Shown: positions 62,198-64,000 of the stretch, one piece after another
Numbering within the stretch: the first letter of the stretch is position 1
Layout of the letters: each line of letters starts with the position of its first letter
DNA from: an uncultured delta proteobacterium
GTDB lineage: Bacteria > Myxococcota > Myxococcia > Myxococcales > Anaeromyxobacteraceae
Length of the DNA stretch: 64,000 bases
Reading direction: 5' to 3'
Assembly: GCA_963828255.1 (NCBI GenBank)
Contig: CAWHDZ010000030.1
Span: forward strand, 64,001-128,000
The notes under the pieces: generated by a model
What the model was told of the DNA's origin: nothing
What the model saw: only the letters and a program-made list of their open reading frames with translations
Databases searched by the model: none
Position numbers and translations under genes: made by a program

Positions 62198-62746
62198 ATG
62201 CAGGTGAACATCACGTTCCGGCACCTCGAGCCCACCGAAGCACTGAAGGATCACGTGAAGGACAAGGTGGCCCACATCCAGCGGTACGTGGACCGGCCAG
62301 GCGAGGCCCACGCCGTCCTGCACCTGGAGAATCTCTCGCACCACGCGGAGATCACCATGAAGGCAGGGGCGTTCTCGGTGCGCGGGCGCGGAAAGTCCGA
62401 TGACATGTACGCGTCCATCGACGCCGCGGCCGACAAGATCGAGCGGCAGCTGAAGAAGCACAAGGAGCGGGTGCGCAACCACAAGGCGACCCTCATCCCG
62501 AAGGACTGGGCCCCGGTGGACATCCGGCACGACGTCATCGACGAGCCCAGGGACGTGCCATCGGCGCGGGTGGTCTCGACCTCGAAGTTCCAGGCCAAGC
62601 CCATGTCGCTCGACGAGGCCATCATGCAGATGGACCTCCTGAACAGCCGCTTCTACGTGTTCCAGGACGAGAAGACCCGCGGCATCAACGTGGTCTACCG
62701 CCGCGACGACGGGAAGCTGGGCGTCATCGAGGCGCGGCCGGCGTAG
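62198..62746 (+). CDS. hpf: Ribosome hibernation factor (long HPF/RaiA)
   Basis: ITFRH, DMYASID...KIERQL, KPMSLDEAIMQM, NVVYRR.DG. Confidence 0.93.
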   Translation: MQVNITFRHLEPTEALKDHVKDKVAHIQRYVDRPGEAHAVLHLENLSHHAEITMKAGAFSVRGRGKSDDMYASIDAAADKIERQLKKHKERVRNHKATLIPKDWAPVDIRHDVIDEPRDVPSARVVSTSKFQAKPMSLDEAIMQMDLLNSRFYVFQDEKTRGINVVYRRDDGKLGVIEARPA

Positions 62747-62819
62747 GCGGTTCGCGCGAAGGTCCATCGGCCGCCCGCGTTCCTTGAATCGCGCGGGCGG
62801 CCGTGCTAGCCGGTGACTG

Positions 62820-63278
62820 GTGCACATCTCAGACATCCTGCGTCCCGACTGCGTGATCGCCGACCTCTCCGGCGCCACCGTCCCGTCGGTCCTCGCCGAG
62901 CTGGCGAGGCCCGTGGCGGCGGCGGGCGGCCTCGACGCCGGGCTGCTCTCGGCGGGGCTCCTGGCCCGGGAGCGGCTCGGCTCCACCGGGATCGGGGAAG
63001 GAGTCGCCGTCCCGCACTGCAAGGTGCCCGGGCTCGCCGCGCTCCAGTGCGCCCTGGGGCGGAGCGGGGATGGGATCGACTTCCGCGCCCTCGACGGGAA
63101 GCCCACCCGCATCTTCGTGGCCCTCTTCGCGCCGGAGCGGGCCGGGGCCGAGCACCTGCAGGCGCTCGCGCGGGTGAGCCGGCTCCTCAAGCGGCCGGAG
63201 TTCCGGAAGGCGCTGCTCGAGGCGCCGGACGCGGGCGCCATGTACCGGCTGGTCGTCGACGAGGACGGGCGGCTGTAA
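62820..63278 (+). CDS. ptsN: PTS IIA nitrogen-regulatory-like protein
   Basis: RERLGSTGIGEGVAVPH, HLQALARVSR; rpoN-hpf synteny. Confidence 0.88.
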   Translation: MHISDILRPDCVIADLSGATVPSVLAELARPVAAAGGLDAGLLSAGLLARERLGSTGIGEGVAVPHCKVPGLAALQCALGRSGDGIDFRALDGKPTRIFVALFAPERAGAEHLQALARVSRLLKRPEFRKALLEAPDAGAMYRLVVDEDGRL

Positions 63279-63362
63279 GGCCCTCCGGACGCGGCCGCCT
63301 CGCGGGATCCCTCCGGAGTCCACCCGGTGCCCGGGTAGGCGCCCCGCGAACAGGGCTCGCCA

Positions 63363-63590
63363 TCAGGCGGCGACTTCCGTCGTCCGCTCCCGGTGCGCGC
63401 ACTCCCGGTGATGCCCGCTCTTCGATCCGCACCCGGCGCAGGCAGGCCGCCTCCGTCCCTGGCGCTCGTGGATGCGCGCGTCCAGCCAGGCTGCGCGGGC
63501 AGCGTCCTCCGCGGCGTAGCGGGCGGCGATCGACTCGAGGAGCCCCGATCGTCCCGAGTCGTTTCCAACCTCCGGCGGCTGTCGGTACAT
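63363..63590 (-). CDS. 75-aa protein with a C-terminal CxxC-x5-HH-x2-C motif
   Basis: GGGAGG RBS; CAGCGSKSGHHRECAH. Confidence 0.55.
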   Translation of the reverse strand: MYRQPPEVGNDSGRSGLLESIAARYAAEDAARAAWLDARIHERQGRRRPACAGCGSKSGHHRECAHRERTTEVAA

Positions 63591-63698
63591 GCGTGACCTC
63601 CCGGTCGATCCGTATCGCGGTTCGGGGGGCCGTGGGTCGGGAACGGCGGGCTGCCTCGAAGGAAGCCGCTACCTCCACCGTCGGCATGGGGCGTTCGC

Positions 63699-64000
63699 CT
63701 ACACGTCGGGACGGGCGAGGTGCTGGGCGACCAGGAGAAGGACGTCGGGCGAGAAGGCCAACCCCAGGTGGGTGGAGGACACCTCGACGTGTTCGACGCA
63801 CGCATTGCGCTCGTCCACGCAGGCCTGCCAGGCCACCACTCGATCCCGGCGGGAGTAGATGGCGGAGACGGGGCGGGTGAGGGGCACCTCCTCGCGCGCG
63901 GCGACGGCGGCCTCGATGGCGTCCAGGTCCACGCCGCGTCGCCGGTAGGCGTGTGCCGAGAGCGTGTACTTGGGGCCGCCCACGACCGGCGCGCCGAGGG
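63699..64000 (-). CDS. Alpha/beta hydrolase (lipase-like), 3' part; start lies outside the window
   Basis: GGPKYT, IYSRRDRVVAW, EVSSTHLGL. Confidence 0.7.
   Translation of the reverse strand, partial: LGAPVVGGPKYTLSAHAYRRRGVDLDAIEAAVAAREEVPLTRPVSAIYSRRDRVVAWQACVDERNACVEHVEVSSTHLGLAFSPDVLLLVAQHLARPDV

Overview
Very GC-rich chromosomal window. Gene content and protein style suggest an Anaeromyxobacter-like Myxococcota bacterium (inference). Most of it is housekeeping backbone: purF, HU, nuoE-F-J-K, carbonic anhydrase, gpsA, plsY, ftsK, gatCAB, mtnA, rplU-rpmA-obgE-trmH, pfk, and kdsB-pyrG-kdsA-kdsC-lpxL-lptCAB-rpoN-hpf-ptsN. Three accessory tracts stand out. (i) 9.7-15.8 kb: a vapBC pair, two tandem paralogous micro-membrane proteins sharing an exactly spaced bipartite promoter motif, an HNH gene broken and partly inverted around an IS50-like IS4 element, and a decaying GtrB/YdjC/GT87-type glycosylation operon. 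(ii) 34.4-43.7 kb: a minimal NiFe-hydrogenase module (HoxU-HoxY fusion with an apparent CTG start, plus HoxH, but no HoxEF or HoxW), a FadL-like barrel, and a repeat-flanked Ig/beta-helix lipoprotein. (iii) 47.3-51.1 kb: a Fur-box-controlled operon (porin, FMN-binding protein, two His-containing membrane proteins) facing an ApbE flavin transferase. This last locus is my best candidate for an undescribed system: flavinylation-linked extracytosolic redox or reductive iron uptake. Two reverse-oriented sigma-54 boxes sit in front of lptCAB-rpoN. I saw no rRNA, tRNA or CRISPR array. All family assignments come from motif recognition by eye, not from database searches.
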